Source: Candidatus Micrarchaeota archaeon (GTDB taxonomy: Archaea; Micrarchaeota; Micrarchaeia; Micrarchaeales; CABMGC01). From it: a stretch of DNA of 64,000 nt. The notes beneath the pieces are model-generated. The model did not search any database. It saw only the letters and a program-made list of their open reading frames with translations, and was not told where the DNA came from. Positions 1 to 12,221 of the stretch are shown here, piece by piece (position 1 is the stretch's first letter; every line of letters starts with the position of its first letter). Made by a program: the position numbers and the translations under genes. The stretch is taken from contig JAJZZD010000005.1 of the NCBI GenBank assembly GCA_021797745.1, positions 1,438 to 65,437 of the forward strand. The letters are read 5' to 3'.

Positions 1-216
1 GTCGGTCTCTATTATTATGCCGGCAACGTTGCTGTATATCTTCCCTGACGCCTTGTCGATTTCCTGCTTTGCCCTGTCAAGTTCTGACTTTTGCGCCTGG
101 AACTGGTCAAGCTGCATCGCAAGGGCGCGCAATTGCTCCTGCGCCATCTGATAGTCCCTTAGCAGTTTTTCCACTTCGTCCTCCTGCTGGTTTTGCATGT
201 TTTGAGATTGTGCCAT
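1..216 (-). CDS. pfdB: Prefoldin beta subunit (partial, runs off window start)
   Basis: Manual translation from ATG at 216: MAQSQNMQNQQEDEVEKLLRDYQMAQEQLRALAMQLDQFQAQKSELDRAKQEIDKASGKIYSNVAGIIIET. Coiled coil followed by the prefoldin beta-hairpin motif. Confidence 0.8.
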   Translation of the reverse strand, partial: MAQSQNMQNQQEDEVEKLLRDYQMAQEQLRALAMQLDQFQAQKSELDRAKQEIDKASGKIYSNVAGIIIETD

Positions 217-344
217 AAACTCATCTGGTTCGGCCGCATTGTTGCGTCCGATTGTAATTTACCATTATTGTAAGAAAAAGCTTTAAGGATGAGCGTGCAT
301 AAAGCCATGCAGTATACTCCGGGGCATTTGCCCAAGAGGCGGAC

Positions 345-1319
345 ATGAATAGTTTCAGTGACAAAGGCATAGGATTTACGCGCGCCATGGCGCTGTCGTT
401 ACTATCCTCCTTGTCCTTCGGCACATGGTTCATCATATCGATGAAAGCCATTGAGATTCAGACTCCGATGAACTACTTTGTGCTTATGCTGTTTTCTGTA
501 CTCGCCTTCTACAGCGCTTTTGAATATTTCCGGAAAAGGAAGATCGAATTACCAAGACCAAGGACTGTTGCGAATGGAATTCTATTCTCATTCTCTTTTG
601 CTCTTTTTTTATCAATAGTGAACGTATCGAACATAGTCATGCTTTCCGCGCTGACCACACTTAACGTGATAGTGTTCACAGCCATAAACTCGCTTCACCA
701 CAAGGAAGTTGTGAACGCAAAGGTAGTGGCCAAGTTATTCGTTGCTGCGATATTGATACTGGCTGCAGTAGAGGTAATCTATCTGTTCAATCAGCAGACG
801 GGATTCACTGCTTTGTCGCAAAATGATTTTGCGGTTGCGTTTGTCCTGATTTTTTCTTTCGGCGCATCAAATTATCTGCTATCGCACAACAGCAAAAGGA
901 CAACAAACGAAGAAAATTTCATGCTGTGGATCTTTGTGGTGTCGGCAACAGTCGCCATGATTGCCTTCATAGCATCAGGTGCAGGACTTCAGCTCAGCAG
1001 AGCGATAATAGCATATGCAGTTACGGGAGGTCTTGTCATGTTCATCAGCGTAGTCACTACCGTGTACAGCTACAGGTACATGAAAAACTACAAAGGAATA
1101 AGTAGATTTATAGGTACGAATGTGCTGTTTCTGGTGAGCGAGACCGATGTCATATTCATTTCAGGAATATATGCGGTTTTTGTCGGCGCCATAAACCCAG
1201 ATGTCATACTTTCGATATTGCTGATAGTGTGCGCGATGTTCATCGTTTCTACCATAGAGAATGAAAGAAACAGGAATATATTCGGTCGCAGAATAAGGAA
1301 ATTGAGAAAGTCATTATGA
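345..1319 (+). CDS. Polytopic membrane protein, DMT/EamA-like transporter
   Basis: 324 aa with about 10 hydrophobic segments in two halves. Confidence 0.55.
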   Translation: MNSFSDKGIGFTRAMALSLLSSLSFGTWFIISMKAIEIQTPMNYFVLMLFSVLAFYSAFEYFRKRKIELPRPRTVANGILFSFSFALFLSIVNVSNIVMLSALTTLNVIVFTAINSLHHKEVVNAKVVAKLFVAAILILAAVEVIYLFNQQTGFTALSQNDFAVAFVLIFSFGASNYLLSHNSKRTTNEENFMLWIFVVSATVAMIAFIASGAGLQLSRAIIAYAVTGGLVMFISVVTTVYSYRYMKNYKGISRFIGTNVLFLVSETDVIFISGIYAVFVGAINPDVILSILLIVCAMFIVSTIENERNRNIFGRRIRKLRKSL

Positions 1320-1423
1320 TAAGTTGCGCGTGGCAGCAGGCATTTAATAAATCTTTTTACAACAAATGTCAGATATCAATGATAAACGGCAATAGACAAC
1401 AAATAAGCGAATCAGGTAGTTGA

Positions 1424-1894
1424 ATGGCATTGAACGAATCGGAACTGATAGAAAAGGAAATCACGCTCAGAAACTTGAGGCTGCCAAAAGACGTTTTGGA
1501 AACAAAAAGGTCGATAGTCAGGTGGCTTGCGCTCTCGCTGGGCGTCTTGAATCCAGGCGAATCGCGCTTGAGCTCTCTTGCTGTATTTGACTCGCTACTT
1601 TATTTCCAGTTCACAAAAAAATCAGAGCCTTCGGTAACTGAACTTGTGGAATACATTAATAAGAACTGGGAAGAGATAAACGAAAAGACACTTAGATACC
1701 ATCTTCTTAGAATGAAGAAATCAGGGCTCGTGGAAAATTCACAAGGTAAATTTTACCTGAAACCGCCTGCGATTGGAGATAAATTTGACCCAGAAACCTG
1801 GGCAAAGAGCGTGTTCGAATCAGACTACAATGAGATTTCCAGCAAGGTTGGGGAAGCAATAAAAGAGTTGAGGAATAAAACTATAGAGGCATGA
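1424..1894 (+). CDS. Winged-helix DNA-binding protein
   Basis: PSVTELVEYI...INEKTLRYHLLRMKKSGLVENSQGKFYL is a wHTH recognition helix plus wing. Confidence 0.65.
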   Translation: MALNESELIEKEITLRNLRLPKDVLETKRSIVRWLALSLGVLNPGESRLSSLAVFDSLLYFQFTKKSEPSVTELVEYINKNWEEINEKTLRYHLLRMKKSGLVENSQGKFYLKPPAIGDKFDPETWAKSVFESDYNEISSKVGEAIKELRNKTIEA

Positions 1895-1903
1895 GGTGAA
1901 TTC

Positions 1904-3541
1904 GTGAAGCGCGAAATTTATGTTTGGATAGCAGTATTTGCCATCATTTTCGTGGCGGCCCTTTACTGGAAGTATCTTTACGCGCCTCAGCTCAGCATTT
2001 CGCTCGAGGCCCAAAACCTGAGCAACTCGACTTTTTATCCTTATCAGAGAGTATCTCTACCAGTCACAGTGTCTGACACTGGCCAAAGCCCGATAGAGAA
2101 CATGAGTATAGGTCTTTACAAGAATGATAACCTCACGCTGCTTTACAAAGTCACCTTGCCGGCTGGCAAGCAGACAACAGTCTACTACAACTTCAGCCCG
2201 ACTGCGCCAGGCGCTTATTCTTTTTCTTTCATAGCAGACCCAGGAAAGCTTTATAACATAGCAAACAGAGCGCAGGCCGAAACAAAGTATAACATAACTG
2301 TTCTTTCTCCGCAGAACGCAAGCGAATACGAGAATGTCAGTCCTGAGAACACAATATATTACGGAACTTACAGTTTTGGTCCCGCGGGGCTGCCTTATGC
2401 GCTGTATCTGGATGAGCAGTATGCGATAGCCCCGACTGCACTCAGCCAGATGACTGATTTCAATTCTTTCCTTTACCCGCTTCTTAATCTGACTTCTACT
2501 TACATTGAAAACACATCTGCGACATATGCAGTATACCCACATAGCTCAGAGGCTGCCATATGGTTGCTCGGCTATCTTTCACCAGGCACAATAGGCGTAG
2601 CTGCACAGGGAGCAGGATACAATGTTTCATACGTTGAAAACGGGTCTAAAAATTTCACTTTGGTCAGGCTGTCAAACACAACCACGGTATGCAGCACCTA
2701 CTCGCGCGGATGGCTAAAGCTTTTTGCATATCATGGCAATGAGACGTGCGTTTCCGCGCTGTCGCAGCAGCGGGGAGAACCGGCATACGCGCAGAACCTG
2801 AGCGACCTGAACAGCACCATTACGGCAAGAAACAAAACAATAGGAAGAGTTGCATATACAGTAGGCACGAAGACCAGCATAGGAACGCTTTCTGTGCTCA
2901 ATAACTCAATCCTGTTAAGCAGCATAACCAAAGGCGAGGTGTCGCCTAACAGCACATGCCTCGGCATAATAAGCGCAGTAGGCAACGTCAGCTTCTGCAG
3001 CAGATACATTCTGAACGTTTCCCAGCTCACTTCCAACTCGCCGAAACTGACAAATGAATTTGCATTAATACGCACCACTGCATACATAGGAAATGAGAAC
3101 GCAAGCGTGTTTTCACTGGTTAACGGGTCACAAATCCTCAACCAAGTACAAAACAACATAAACACAATAAAAAAGTTTAATCTAACTGGAAAATCTATGC
3201 AGTTCACATTGCTGACCAACAGCTGCCAGTTCAACAGCGCATTCTCATGCGCTAATGCGACATATCTGAATGGCACACTTTCCGTAACATTGACAAATCT
3301 GCTGAACAGTAGCGTGAAAATCGACAGCTTCGGCTGCTATAGGTACCCTCCGCTTGTGAACCTGCCAGTAGGCCACACTGTCGCAAAGAACGCGAAGATA
3401 AACGTGCAGACATACTGCTACAGCCTGGACAAGCCCTTGAACGGAATAGCATACAACCTGCACCTAAATCTGGCCATGAATTACACAGTAGGAAATGTTG
3501 TCAACAGCACTGAAGGCAGCGCATACATACAACTAGGGTGA
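1904..3541 (+). CDS. Membrane-anchored surface glycoprotein (CARDB/Ig-like domain, Cys-containing C-terminal domain)
   Basis: N-terminal TM anchor; CARDB-like segment (TLPAGKQTTVYYNFSPTAPGAYSFSFIADP); many NxS/T sequons; GGTGA RBS before the GTG start. Confidence 0.65.
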   Translation: MKREIYVWIAVFAIIFVAALYWKYLYAPQLSISLEAQNLSNSTFYPYQRVSLPVTVSDTGQSPIENMSIGLYKNDNLTLLYKVTLPAGKQTTVYYNFSPTAPGAYSFSFIADPGKLYNIANRAQAETKYNITVLSPQNASEYENVSPENTIYYGTYSFGPAGLPYALYLDEQYAIAPTALSQMTDFNSFLYPLLNLTSTYIENTSATYAVYPHSSEAAIWLLGYLSPGTIGVAAQGAGYNVSYVENGSKNFTLVRLSNTTTVCSTYSRGWLKLFAYHGNETCVSALSQQRGEPAYAQNLSDLNSTITARNKTIGRVAYTVGTKTSIGTLSVLNNSILLSSITKGEVSPNSTCLGIISAVGNVSFCSRYILNVSQLTSNSPKLTNEFALIRTTAYIGNENASVFSLVNGSQILNQVQNNINTIKKFNLTGKSMQFTLLTNSCQFNSAFSCANATYLNGTLSVTLTNLLNSSVKIDSFGCYRYPPLVNLPVGHTVAKNAKINVQTYCYSLDKPLNGIAYNLHLNLAMNYTVGNVVNSTEGSAYIQLG

Positions 3542-3542
3542 A

Positions 3543-6314
3543 ATGCTGATATTTGCCTACGACTCGTTCCTGAAAAAATACGGCAGCTTCACCGCCATAC
3601 AAAACATAGCGATACCAATAGTGGAGAGCGGGAAAAACTGCCTCATAATAGCGCATACAGGTAGCGGAAAAACAGAGGCTGCATTCCTTCCTACGCTGAA
3701 AAGACTCGCTGATTCGAAAAACAGAGACAAAGGAATACTCGCGCTTTACATAACGCCGCTGAGGGCGCTAAACAGAGACATAATCAAAAGAATGCAGTCG
3801 ATATCCGAGGAGTCTGGATTCAGCATATCTGTAAGGCATGGCGACACGCCGCAGAGCGAGAGACAGAAACAGGTCAGGAACCCGCCGCATATCATCATAA
3901 CAACCCCTGAGAGCCTGCAGAGCATGTTCCTGTCTCCTAGACTGAGAAGCGCATTCAGGAATCTGAAAGCTGTGATAATCGACGAGCTGCACGAACTTTA
4001 TTCAAACAAGAGAGGGGCGCAGCTTGCAGTTGCACTTGAAAGGCTTGAGGAGTTGGCTGAAAATTACCAAAGGATAGGAATAAGCGCAACAATAGGGAAT
4101 ATCGATAGCGCAAGGGAATTGCTTTGCCCGAATCGTGAATGCGTTGTTGCAAACCTGGCAAAGGGCAAGGAAATAGCAGTAAGCGTGGAGATGCCTGACA
4201 AGCCAAAGTCAGAGCACAGGGAATTCGAGAAAAAATTTGAGCTTGACCTGCAGTCTGCGGCAAGAATAGAAAGGATTGCCGAGCTGATAAAAGGCTCGGA
4301 ATCGGCGCTCGTGTTCGCGAATACCAGGCAGGAGGTGGAATCATTGGGAAGTAAGCTCATTTACTACAACAAACAGGAGCCTTTCGGCGGCATAGCGGTT
4401 CATCACGGCTCGCTCGACAAGCTGGAAAGAATAAAAGTGGAAAACGCGTTCAAGAGCAAGGAAATACGCAGCATAATAGCGACTAGCTCGCTGGAACTGG
4501 GGATAGACATAGGAAGCGTGAATATGGTAGTTCAGTACGGCTCCCCTAGGCAGGCAATAAGGCTCGCACAAAGGATAGGAAGAGGCGGCCACAGTGAAAA
4601 AGAAGTGTCTGCAGGAAAGATAATTGTCGGAAACCCGATTGATGCGCTTGAATCTCTGAGCATAGCCGAGCAGGTAAGGAAGGGCGAAATTGAGAAGCAG
4701 GATATAGAAAGTCATGCCATGGATGTGCTCGCAAACCAGCTGTGTGCGCTAGCGCTCGAATACAAGGAAATAAGCAAAGACAAGGCATTCCAAATAATTA
4801 AGCGCGCAGCGCCTTATAGAAATTTGACAGCCGAAGAATTTAAACGGCTGCTTGAGTTCGTCGCTGGATTGCAGATAATCAGGATTGGAAACGACAGGAT
4901 AGCAGTCGGGTCCAGGGGAAGAAGCTATTTCTACAGCAACATAAGCGTGATACCGGAAACCTACAGCTACTATGTAAAGGATGCAATAAGCAACAAGACA
5001 GTCGCCACGCTGGATGAGCGCTTCGTGTCGAGCTATCTCGACGAGGGTGCGTCGTTCATAGCAAAAGGCACGCCGTGGAAGGTGACGAGCATAGAAGAGG
5101 AAACGGTATATGCAGAACCAAGCACAGACCTCGAGGCTGCAATACCTGACTGGAAAGGCGAGGAAATACCTGTAACGTACGAAACAGCACAGCATGTGTT
5201 TGACTTCTTCGGAAAAGGGATAAGCAAGGAAGACGCCAAGCTTATGGATGCAAACGCAAATCAAAAGGCAGGCTCTTTGATCAAGAGGCAAAATGCGTTT
5301 TTCGAAAAGTCCAGGGGCAGAGTTCTCATTGAAGAAACCGAAAAATATGCCTTGATTTATTTGCCTCTCGGCAACAAAGCAAATGAATTCATAGCCAGGA
5401 TGATTTCATACATCTTATCTGCAACAGGAAATCAGGGCATAACTGCGCGAGCTACGCCATATCTCATAACTTTGGATTATTCAGAGTCCAGGAAAAGTCC
5501 GAACCTGGAACGGATAATGGATTCGCTCAAAACGATAGACATCGCAGTGCAGAAAAGGAATTTCGTGATAAATTCTGAGCTTTTCAGGTACAAGTTCCTT
5601 CAGGTAGCGAAACTTTTCGGAATAGTTGAAAAGAAGGCGAAGATGACAAGGAGCAATTCCCTCAAGCTCGTTGACTTCTACAAGGATTCCGTTGTGGCAG
5701 AAGAAACGCTGAGGGATTTGGAGAAAAATTATTTTGACATAAAGGTGGTTGAAAAATTCTTAAGCAATATGCGAAACGCTGGCATAGAAGTCGCTGTCAT
5801 ACGCGGCTTTGTGTCGCCGCTTGGCGAAGAGATACTCCGCGCAAACTACAACTACCGTGAATTCCTCTTATCCACAGCCCCTGCTGAAGAAGAACTGAAG
5901 GAATTCGAGAGGCATGCAATAGGAGAAACTGCGGAATTGCTTTGCACATACTGCGGTTTTGAGTTCAGCAAAAAGATAGAAAACTACGATGAGGGTAAAA
6001 TATCGTGTCATTCATGCAAAAGCCCCATGGTGTGCATGTTCACAGAGGACAGGAAGGAAATAATAGAAAAGCGGCTCGCAGGAAAAAAGCTCAGCGAAAA
6101 AGAGCAGGAAGCATATGAAAACATGGTAAAGGAAACTGGATTAGTAGAAGCATACGGCAATCGCGCACTGATTGCGCTGTCGACATACGGCATAGGGCTT
6201 GTTTCTGCGGCTCGCGCGCTGAGGATGCTGAGAAGAAACAAGCTGCAGTTCTACACTGATTTGATAGAAGCACAGAAGAATTTCATAAGAACGAAGAAAT
6301 TCTGGAAAAAATAG
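3543..6314 (+). CDS. lhr: Lhr-family SF2 helicase (COG1201)
   Basis: HTGSGKTEAA, ITPLRALNRD, IIDELH, ISAT, ATSSLELGIDIG, QRIGRGGH and a C-terminal CxxC...CxxC. Confidence 0.9.
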   Translation: MLIFAYDSFLKKYGSFTAIQNIAIPIVESGKNCLIIAHTGSGKTEAAFLPTLKRLADSKNRDKGILALYITPLRALNRDIIKRMQSISEESGFSISVRHGDTPQSERQKQVRNPPHIIITTPESLQSMFLSPRLRSAFRNLKAVIIDELHELYSNKRGAQLAVALERLEELAENYQRIGISATIGNIDSARELLCPNRECVVANLAKGKEIAVSVEMPDKPKSEHREFEKKFELDLQSAARIERIAELIKGSESALVFANTRQEVESLGSKLIYYNKQEPFGGIAVHHGSLDKLERIKVENAFKSKEIRSIIATSSLELGIDIGSVNMVVQYGSPRQAIRLAQRIGRGGHSEKEVSAGKIIVGNPIDALESLSIAEQVRKGEIEKQDIESHAMDVLANQLCALALEYKEISKDKAFQIIKRAAPYRNLTAEEFKRLLEFVAGLQIIRIGNDRIAVGSRGRSYFYSNISVIPETYSYYVKDAISNKTVATLDERFVSSYLDEGASFIAKGTPWKVTSIEEETVYAEPSTDLEAAIPDWKGEEIPVTYETAQHVFDFFGKGISKEDAKLMDANANQKAGSLIKRQNAFFEKSRGRVLIEETEKYALIYLPLGNKANEFIARMISYILSATGNQGITARATPYLITLDYSESRKSPNLERIMDSLKTIDIAVQKRNFVINSELFRYKFLQVAKLFGIVEKKAKMTRSNSLKLVDFYKDSVVAEETLRDLEKNYFDIKVVEKFLSNMRNAGIEVAVIRGFVSPLGEEILRANYNYREFLLSTAPAEEELKEFERHAIGETAELLCTYCGFEFSKKIENYDEGKISCHSCKSPMVCMFTEDRKEIIEKRLAGKKLSEKEQEAYENMVKETGLVEAYGNRALIALSTYGIGLVSAARALRMLRRNKLQFYTDLIEAQKNFIRTKKFWKK

Positions 6315-6385
6315 GGCTTGTATTTGGAATAAAAAGTTGAATGCTGATACGTTTAACTGCAGCACTTGCGCTTCAAGTTGAATTC

Positions 6386-7708
6386 ATGAAATTACAGGTG
6401 CCACGCAAATTAAACAAGATAGTGGTAGTTGAGCTTGCCCTTCTGGCACTTCTGATTGTTTACGACCTTGAAATAATAAGCATGTACGGCAGCACATGGG
6501 ACAATAGTGCCAGCTACTTCAACACGCTAACCATGCTCGGTCGATCTTCGTACTACGAAATGCTAAGGGAGCCGCTAGTGCAGTTCTTCATGCTGCCATT
6601 TGCATTTCTCACGCAGAATTTCTACGTGACAGTGGAAGCTGTTTCGGTGCTGCTGACTGTTCTTTTCTTTTTTGCGGTAAAAAAGCTTGCACACGCCCTG
6701 AAAGTCAAGGGAGCAAGTTTGTATTTAGTGGCAGTTACAGGCATAGTCATAGGATTCATGACGCTGCTGAATCTGGCTGATATTCTCGGCGCCACGCTCG
6801 TCATACTTGCCCTTGCATACTACTACGAAGGCAAAAACATTGAAAGTAGCATAATGTTCGGGCTGTCTTTCCTTGCAAAATTCACCAACCTGATATTCAT
6901 TTTCTATCTTCCGTTCATATTCAGGAAAAAGGAGCTTGCCAGGTCTTTGGCAATAGTGTTTTTGGTGAATCTGCCGTGGTTCGCAGTGAATTATGCGCTG
7001 TTCGGCAACCCGTTTTATGGATATATGCAGGCGAACCAGATTTTCTCTTCACTGCATACTGTTAACTTGACTCAGTTAGGTGCTGCGCTGTTGTCGCTGT
7101 TCGTGCTTAACTATCAGTTCATAATTGTGTTCTGCGTAATTGCAGTAGCATTGCACAGCATATCGCAAGTGTTGAAAAAATATGCCGCTAGGCTAGATGT
7201 GCGGGATTATTCGTTAATGGCAGTTGCATTCGTGGAATTTTTATACGTTGGGAGTGCACAAAATTTCGTAGCATGGCTCGGCTATCCTGTTTTCATAGCG
7301 TTTCTTGTACCTACTGCAAAATTGCTCAGCGCGTATCAGAATGACAGGAAAACAGCAGGATATGTCAATGCAGCTGCTGCATTTGCGGCGTTCTCGCTGG
7401 TCATAGCTTCGATGATGTTTGCTGGCCTGCCGTACGGCCCAGGCATGGTTAAACCTGCCGGCTTCTCTAAAATGCCAGCATACCCGCAGTCTATTTTAGC
7501 TGCGCACACGTTGAACTGCACCAATATATACTCGAACGCGTGGCCGTATCTAATGATTTACAATCAATCAGTTAAGTCTGTGTTCGGCGGCCAGATACCT
7601 GACGGCGCATGCGTAATAATGTTCAACGAAAGCATAGGAACAGTATTCAATACAGGAAACATGTCGCTCTTGCATGCGAACGGAAATTTTTCAATATTCA
7701 TGAAATGA
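6386..7708 (+). CDS. GT-C-fold membrane glycosyltransferase (PMT/ArnT-like)
   Basis: TWD loop after TM1, REPL motif, GLSFLAKFT, PWFAVNYALFGNPF; polytopic. Confidence 0.7.
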   Translation: MKLQVPRKLNKIVVVELALLALLIVYDLEIISMYGSTWDNSASYFNTLTMLGRSSYYEMLREPLVQFFMLPFAFLTQNFYVTVEAVSVLLTVLFFFAVKKLAHALKVKGASLYLVAVTGIVIGFMTLLNLADILGATLVILALAYYYEGKNIESSIMFGLSFLAKFTNLIFIFYLPFIFRKKELARSLAIVFLVNLPWFAVNYALFGNPFYGYMQANQIFSSLHTVNLTQLGAALLSLFVLNYQFIIVFCVIAVALHSISQVLKKYAARLDVRDYSLMAVAFVEFLYVGSAQNFVAWLGYPVFIAFLVPTAKLLSAYQNDRKTAGYVNAAAAFAAFSLVIASMMFAGLPYGPGMVKPAGFSKMPAYPQSILAAHTLNCTNIYSNAWPYLMIYNQSVKSVFGGQIPDGACVIMFNESIGTVFNTGNMSLLHANGNFSIFMK

Positions 7709-7719
7709 TGTCGAAATTA

Positions 7720-10113
7720 TTAGGCAAGCAGTCTCGCATCTATTATCTTCGCCCCCGGTTCTACTTTCATCAGCCTGACCCCGCTTGCCGCCCTGCCCGT
7801 TATCCTTATCGAAGCAATTGGTATTTCTATACTTATTCCTTTTGAATTGAGCAGGAGCAGCTTCTGCTCATTCTTTATGAACAGCGCCTTTGCCACTGGT
7901 CCTGTTTTCTCGTTTACCTTCAGATTAATCACACCAGACCCTCCTCTGCCCTGAACCCTGTATTCTTTTATGTCTGTTATTTTTCCGTAGCCTTTTTCTG
8001 ATACAGTGAGTATGCTTCCGGTATCTGCAGACGCTATGATGTTCTTCGCTTCATCTCCGCTCTTCAGCCGTATGCCGCGCACCCCTGCTGATGTTCTTCC
8101 GGTGAACCTTACGTTTGCCTCGCTGAACTGAACTGATTTGCCGTTCTTTGATACGGCTGCAAGATACGGTTCGGTAGTGTAAACTATTGTATCGGCTATG
8201 CTGTCGCCTTCGTTCAGCGTTATTGCGCGCACGCCGCCGGCCCTTGGGTGCGAGAACAGCACCGCATCCAGCTTTTTGACAAGCCCTTTTGCAGTTAGGA
8301 ATCCTATTTTCGTTTTTTCAAACTGCTTTATGTTGAACATGCCTACTATGTTTTCGTTTTCCAGTCTGAGCAGATTGGCTATCGCCCTGCCATCAGAATA
8401 TCGTGAGCCCTCCGGCACGTTATATGCCTTGAGCCAGTAGATGCGGCCCTGATTGGAAACACAGATTATGAAATCCTTGTTCCTTGCAGTTACTACCTGC
8501 TTTACGAAATCGCCTTCCTTGAGGTTTATTGCTATGATTCCCTTTCCGCCGCGGTCCTGTTCCTTGTAGCTGCCTGTGCTCATCCTTTTCACGTAGCCTG
8601 AATTTGTCAGGAGTATTGTCACGGGCTCATCGCTTATCAGGTCTTCGTCCTGTATTTCCGCTTCCTCGTCGCTGAAAACAAGCTCCGTTTTTCTTTCCCT
8701 GCCGTATTTTTTCTTTATTTCATTAGTTTCGTCTTTTATTATCTGGTCTATTTTGCTCTGATCCGCAAGAACACCTGTATAATAAGCGATTTCCTTCTCG
8801 AGATCTGACTTTTCCTTGCTGAGCGTATCGTTCTCGAGGCGCGTGAGCTTGCTGAGCTTCATGTCAAGTATTGAATTGGCCTGTTTCTCGCTTAGTGAGA
8901 AATTTGCCATGAGCTTGTTCCTTGCCTCACCCACTTCCTTGCTTTCCCTTATGTTTTTTATTATGTCGTCTATCTTGGTTATCGCGATTAGCAGACCATG
9001 TACTATGTGAAGCCTGTCCTTCGCGATATTCAGTTGATACGTACTTCTCTTTGTCACTATTTCGCGCCGGTAGGTTATGAATGTATTAAGCATCTGCAAA
9101 ATGTTGAAGCTTCTTAGGCTTTTGCCGATTACTGCGAGGTTTATTATAGGGAAAGTCAACTCTGCCTGGGTGTGCTTGTAAATCAGATTCAGAATCTGCT
9201 GCTGCTCAGCATCTTCCTTTAGGTCTATTACCACCTTTATCCCTGCCTTACCGCTCTCGTCCCGTATGTCCCTTATTCCTATTATTTTCTTCTCCCTTAC
9301 CGAATCAGCTATCTTTCTTATCATCGCCGACTTGTTGACGTTGTAAGGCAGCTCTGTGAAAATTATCTTTTTGCCATTGCTCAAATCTGCTTTTGCGCGA
9401 ATTGTCAGCTGGCCACGGCCAAGCCGGTAACCGTTAAGCGCTGCTCCAGACATTATGGCGGTTCCTCCGGTGGGGAAGTCAGGCCCTTTGATGATTTGCA
9501 GTATGTCGTCAACAGTTGCATCTTTGTTGTCAAGGACATGCACTATTGCAGAACAAACCTCTGATAAATTGTGTGGAGGTATGCTTGTTGCAACACCTAC
9601 TGCAATTCCGGATGATCCGTTGACAAGCAGGTTAGGTATTTTTGAAGGCAAAATTACTGGTTCTTTTTCGGTGTTGTCGAAGTTAGGAACAAAGTCCACT
9701 GTCTCTTTATCCAAATCGGCAAGCATCTCCTCTGCCATTTTTGTCAGGCGCACTTCAGTGTATCTCATCGCTGCAGGTGGATCTCCGTCTCGCGAACCAA
9801 AATTTCCCTGACCTTCTACAAGTGTGTGATTCATGGAAAAATCCTGAGCCATCCTGACAAGCGCGTCATAAACGGCGATGTCTCCGTGAGGGTGGAATTT
9901 GCCAATAGTATTTCCCACCACTCGCGCGCTTTTTTTAGTGGGCTGATCGTGCGTGTTGTTTAAGTCATACATAGAGTAAAGGATACGTCTTTGTGCCGGC
10001 TTAAGCCCGTCGCGTGCGTCAGGAATCGCCCTCCCTATGATTACGCTCATTGCATAATCAAGATAGCTGTTCTGCAATTCATCTTCAAGCAGTGCGGGCG
10101 TTATGTTTTGCAT
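7720..10113 (-). CDS. gyrA: DNA gyrase subunit A
   Basis: YAMSVIIGRAIPDARDGLKP, HPHGD, AAMRYTE (catalytic Tyr), GyrA-box QDRGGKG, C-terminal beta-pinwheel repeats. Confidence 0.97.
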   Translation of the reverse strand: MQNITPALLEDELQNSYLDYAMSVIIGRAIPDARDGLKPAQRRILYSMYDLNNTHDQPTKKSARVVGNTIGKFHPHGDIAVYDALVRMAQDFSMNHTLVEGQGNFGSRDGDPPAAMRYTEVRLTKMAEEMLADLDKETVDFVPNFDNTEKEPVILPSKIPNLLVNGSSGIAVGVATSIPPHNLSEVCSAIVHVLDNKDATVDDILQIIKGPDFPTGGTAIMSGAALNGYRLGRGQLTIRAKADLSNGKKIIFTELPYNVNKSAMIRKIADSVREKKIIGIRDIRDESGKAGIKVVIDLKEDAEQQQILNLIYKHTQAELTFPIINLAVIGKSLRSFNILQMLNTFITYRREIVTKRSTYQLNIAKDRLHIVHGLLIAITKIDDIIKNIRESKEVGEARNKLMANFSLSEKQANSILDMKLSKLTRLENDTLSKEKSDLEKEIAYYTGVLADQSKIDQIIKDETNEIKKKYGRERKTELVFSDEEAEIQDEDLISDEPVTILLTNSGYVKRMSTGSYKEQDRGGKGIIAINLKEGDFVKQVVTARNKDFIICVSNQGRIYWLKAYNVPEGSRYSDGRAIANLLRLENENIVGMFNIKQFEKTKIGFLTAKGLVKKLDAVLFSHPRAGGVRAITLNEGDSIADTIVYTTEPYLAAVSKNGKSVQFSEANVRFTGRTSAGVRGIRLKSGDEAKNIIASADTGSILTVSEKGYGKITDIKEYRVQGRGGSGVINLKVNEKTGPVAKALFIKNEQKLLLLNSKGISIEIPIASIRITGRAASGVRLMKVEPGAKIIDARLLA

Positions 10114-10132
10114 GAAATATCATCGCTATTTT

Positions 10133-12076
<1,944 letters not shown>

Positions 12077-12221
12077 TTAAATTGAATTTAAACGTTTTTA
12101 AAGGTTTGCCGGCTGTTTTGTCGTCGAACATTTGTCGTCGTACAATCAGAGAAAGCGACAATATGCAAAAGTTAGGCAGTACAGCGTAAAAACATATGCC
12201 GCACATTATTATTGTGAGTTT

